A stretch of DNA of 46,086 nucleotides from a virus. Taxonomy: Duplodnaviria; Caudoviricetes. Where the stretch lies: the IMG/VR virus record IMGVR_UViG_3300037311_000080, positions 1-46,086 of that record; one strand, given 5' to 3'. This document shows positions 45,000 through 46,086 of the stretch, piece by piece. The notes under the pieces were generated by a model. That model was not told where the DNA came from. It saw nothing but the letters and a program-made list of their open reading frames with translations, and ran no database searches. The position numbers and the translations under genes are program-made. Numbering within the stretch: position 1 is the stretch's first letter; each line of letters starts with the position of its first letter.

Positions 45000-45264
45000 T
45001 GTCTCGCATCCTTCACATTATAACCAAGGTAAAATCGAGGTCATCGAGTTTATTGAGGATAAAAAATTAAACTACCATTTAGGGAACATCGTAAAATACG
45101 TTTGTCGCGCAGGGCTTAAAGACCCCAAAAAGGAAATCGAAGACCTTCAAAAAGCGGCATGGTATTTAGCGCGCAAAATTGAAACACTTGAAGCGGCTAA
45201 ATCAAAACGAGACGCTGTTAAACCTAATAATATGAAAAAGATACATGAAAAGCGGAAAAAGTAG
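44989..45264 (+). CDS. DUF3310-family protein (T7 gp1.7 nucleotide kinase-like)
   Basis: VSHPSHY..GKIEVIEFI, GNIVKYVCRAG.K, EDLQKAAWYL. Confidence 0.88.
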   Translation: MSSNVSHPSHYNQGKIEVIEFIEDKKLNYHLGNIVKYVCRAGLKDPKKEIEDLQKAAWYLARKIETLEAAKSKRDAVKPNNMKKIHEKRKK

Positions 45265-45318
45265 CGAAGTCGTCGGCGTTTTGTTATTGTTAATCAATGG
45301 CAAAACGAAAGGGATTCT

Positions 45319-45441
45319 ATGACCGACGAACAAGTCGCACTCCATAACACAATCCAAGTATTAAAAATGACCGCGGACGAAAACCGCGACAATATGCTTT
45401 TAGATTTTTTGAAACAGCTTTTAAAGGAGTCGTTTCAATGA
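45319..45441 (+). CDS. Small hypothetical protein (40 aa; not in ORF track)
   Basis: AAGGGA RBS; ATGA overlap with the next ORF. Confidence 0.5.
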   Translation: MTDEQVALHNTIQVLKMTADENRDNMLLDFLKQLLKESFQ

Positions 45442-45536
45442 ATGAATATTTAAAATACGGTTTAATGTTTTTATGTGTTTTATACATAGTTTTATTGCCA
45501 AAAATTTGTAATTGGCTTGAAAAGAACGGGTTTTAA
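45438..45536 (+). CDS. Small single-pass membrane peptide (32 aa; not in ORF track)
   Basis: AAGGAG RBS; MNEYLKYGLMFLCVLYIVLLPKICNWLEKNGF. Confidence 0.55.
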   Translation: MNEYLKYGLMFLCVLYIVLLPKICNWLEKNGF

Positions 45537-45537
45537 T

Positions 45538-45765
45538 ATGCCGGCACTTCGTTATGGTACAAAACCCAAAAAATTTAAACATGATTCCGGCGCGTTTTCG
45601 CTCACATTAAAAGACATAACGTTAATTAAACGAGCGATTGAAGTGCGGATAACTTTACTAAAAATAGAATCCATAGATAATCCAATGGCAATTACGCGAC
45701 ATGAAATTGCCATGTACAAAACTGTTTTATCGAAGCTACCGGCACTTCGAAAGGCTTTAAAATGA
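45538..45765 (+). CDS. Hypothetical basic protein
   Basis: ATG just after the upstream stop; ATGA overlap downstream. Confidence 0.6.
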   Translation: MPALRYGTKPKKFKHDSGAFSLTLKDITLIKRAIEVRITLLKIESIDNPMAITRHEIAMYKTVLSKLPALRKALK

Positions 45766-46086
45766 GTTACAAATTAAAATATTCTTTAAAAACTATTTCC
45801 GGTGAATTTTCTAGGGGCGAAGCCCTATATTGGGCGGAACAATTCACGGACAACGGGGCCACCGACGCTTTAATTATTACCTCTGTTTTGTACCCCGAAG
45901 ACGGTTCTTTATCTATGAAAACGTTTTCGATTGACGGGCGCAACGAAGGCAAAGATTTTGAAGACATAGAACTTTTTAAACTATGGATACTTTTAGCCGG
46001 AACGCTTCAAGAATCAAAAACTTTGCCGGCGTCGAAAAAACAATTATTAAATACAACTTTTTTACAATTCAGCGAATCAATAAAAA
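45762..46086 (+). CDS. Hypothetical protein (about 112 aa), completed at position 268 on the circle
   Basis: MSYKLKYSLKTISGEFSRGEALYWAEQF... open to the window end, in frame with 56-268. Confidence 0.7.
   Translation, partial: MSYKLKYSLKTISGEFSRGEALYWAEQFTDNGATDALIITSVLYPEDGSLSMKTFSIDGRNEGKDFEDIELFKLWILLAGTLQESKTLPASKKQLLNTTFLQFSESIK
45833..46086 (+). repeat. Terminal direct repeat, right copy
   Basis: Matches 1-254 with one mismatch. Confidence 0.95.

Larger units (their letters stand above)
1..46086. mobile_element. Complete or near-complete tailed bacteriophage genome (contractile-tail myovirus morphology predicted), about 45.8 kb, circularly assembled
   Basis: Terminase, portal, capsid, sheath, tube, baseplate, lysin and replication genes all present; no host housekeeping genes; the two ends overlap by 254 nt. 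Confidence 0.97.

Noticed and set aside
1-46086. tRNA genes, alternative genetic code, or a specific host assignment
   Set aside because: No cloverleaf recognised; genes are full-length and tightly packed under the standard code; no sequence evidence here fixes the host taxon

Overview
The window is an apparently complete, circularly assembled tailed-phage genome of about 45.8 kb; positions 1-254 recur at 45833-46086 with one mismatch. The minus strand carries a lambda-type packaging and head module: cosQ/cosN-like site, Nu1/gpA-like terminase, gpW, portal and a protease-scaffold-capsid fusion. It continues into a Mu-like contractile tail and baseplate, a fibre region, a lysis cassette and a second cluster of fibre/appendage genes. 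Replication genes are a Prim-Pol/SF3 primase-helicase next to a repeat-rich candidate origin (minus strand), plus a SNF2 helicase, DEDDh exonuclease, Cas4-like nuclease, SSB, family A DNA polymerase and a cytosine methylase-like gene (plus strand). I found no integrase, tRNA or CRISPR array, and the host cannot be determined from the sequence. Two observations stand out. (1) The polymerase carries a 266-aa intein whose central region has no in-frame nuclease but is overprinted by a complete HNH-family endonuclease ORF in another reading frame. (2) The gene in the main tail-fibre position and its downstream chaperone-like partner both begin with Sec-type signal peptides and are rich in paired Cys, while a parallel fibre/chaperone pair has neither, suggesting a fibre that matures in the periplasm. 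All family assignments come from motif recognition and gene order, not database searches.
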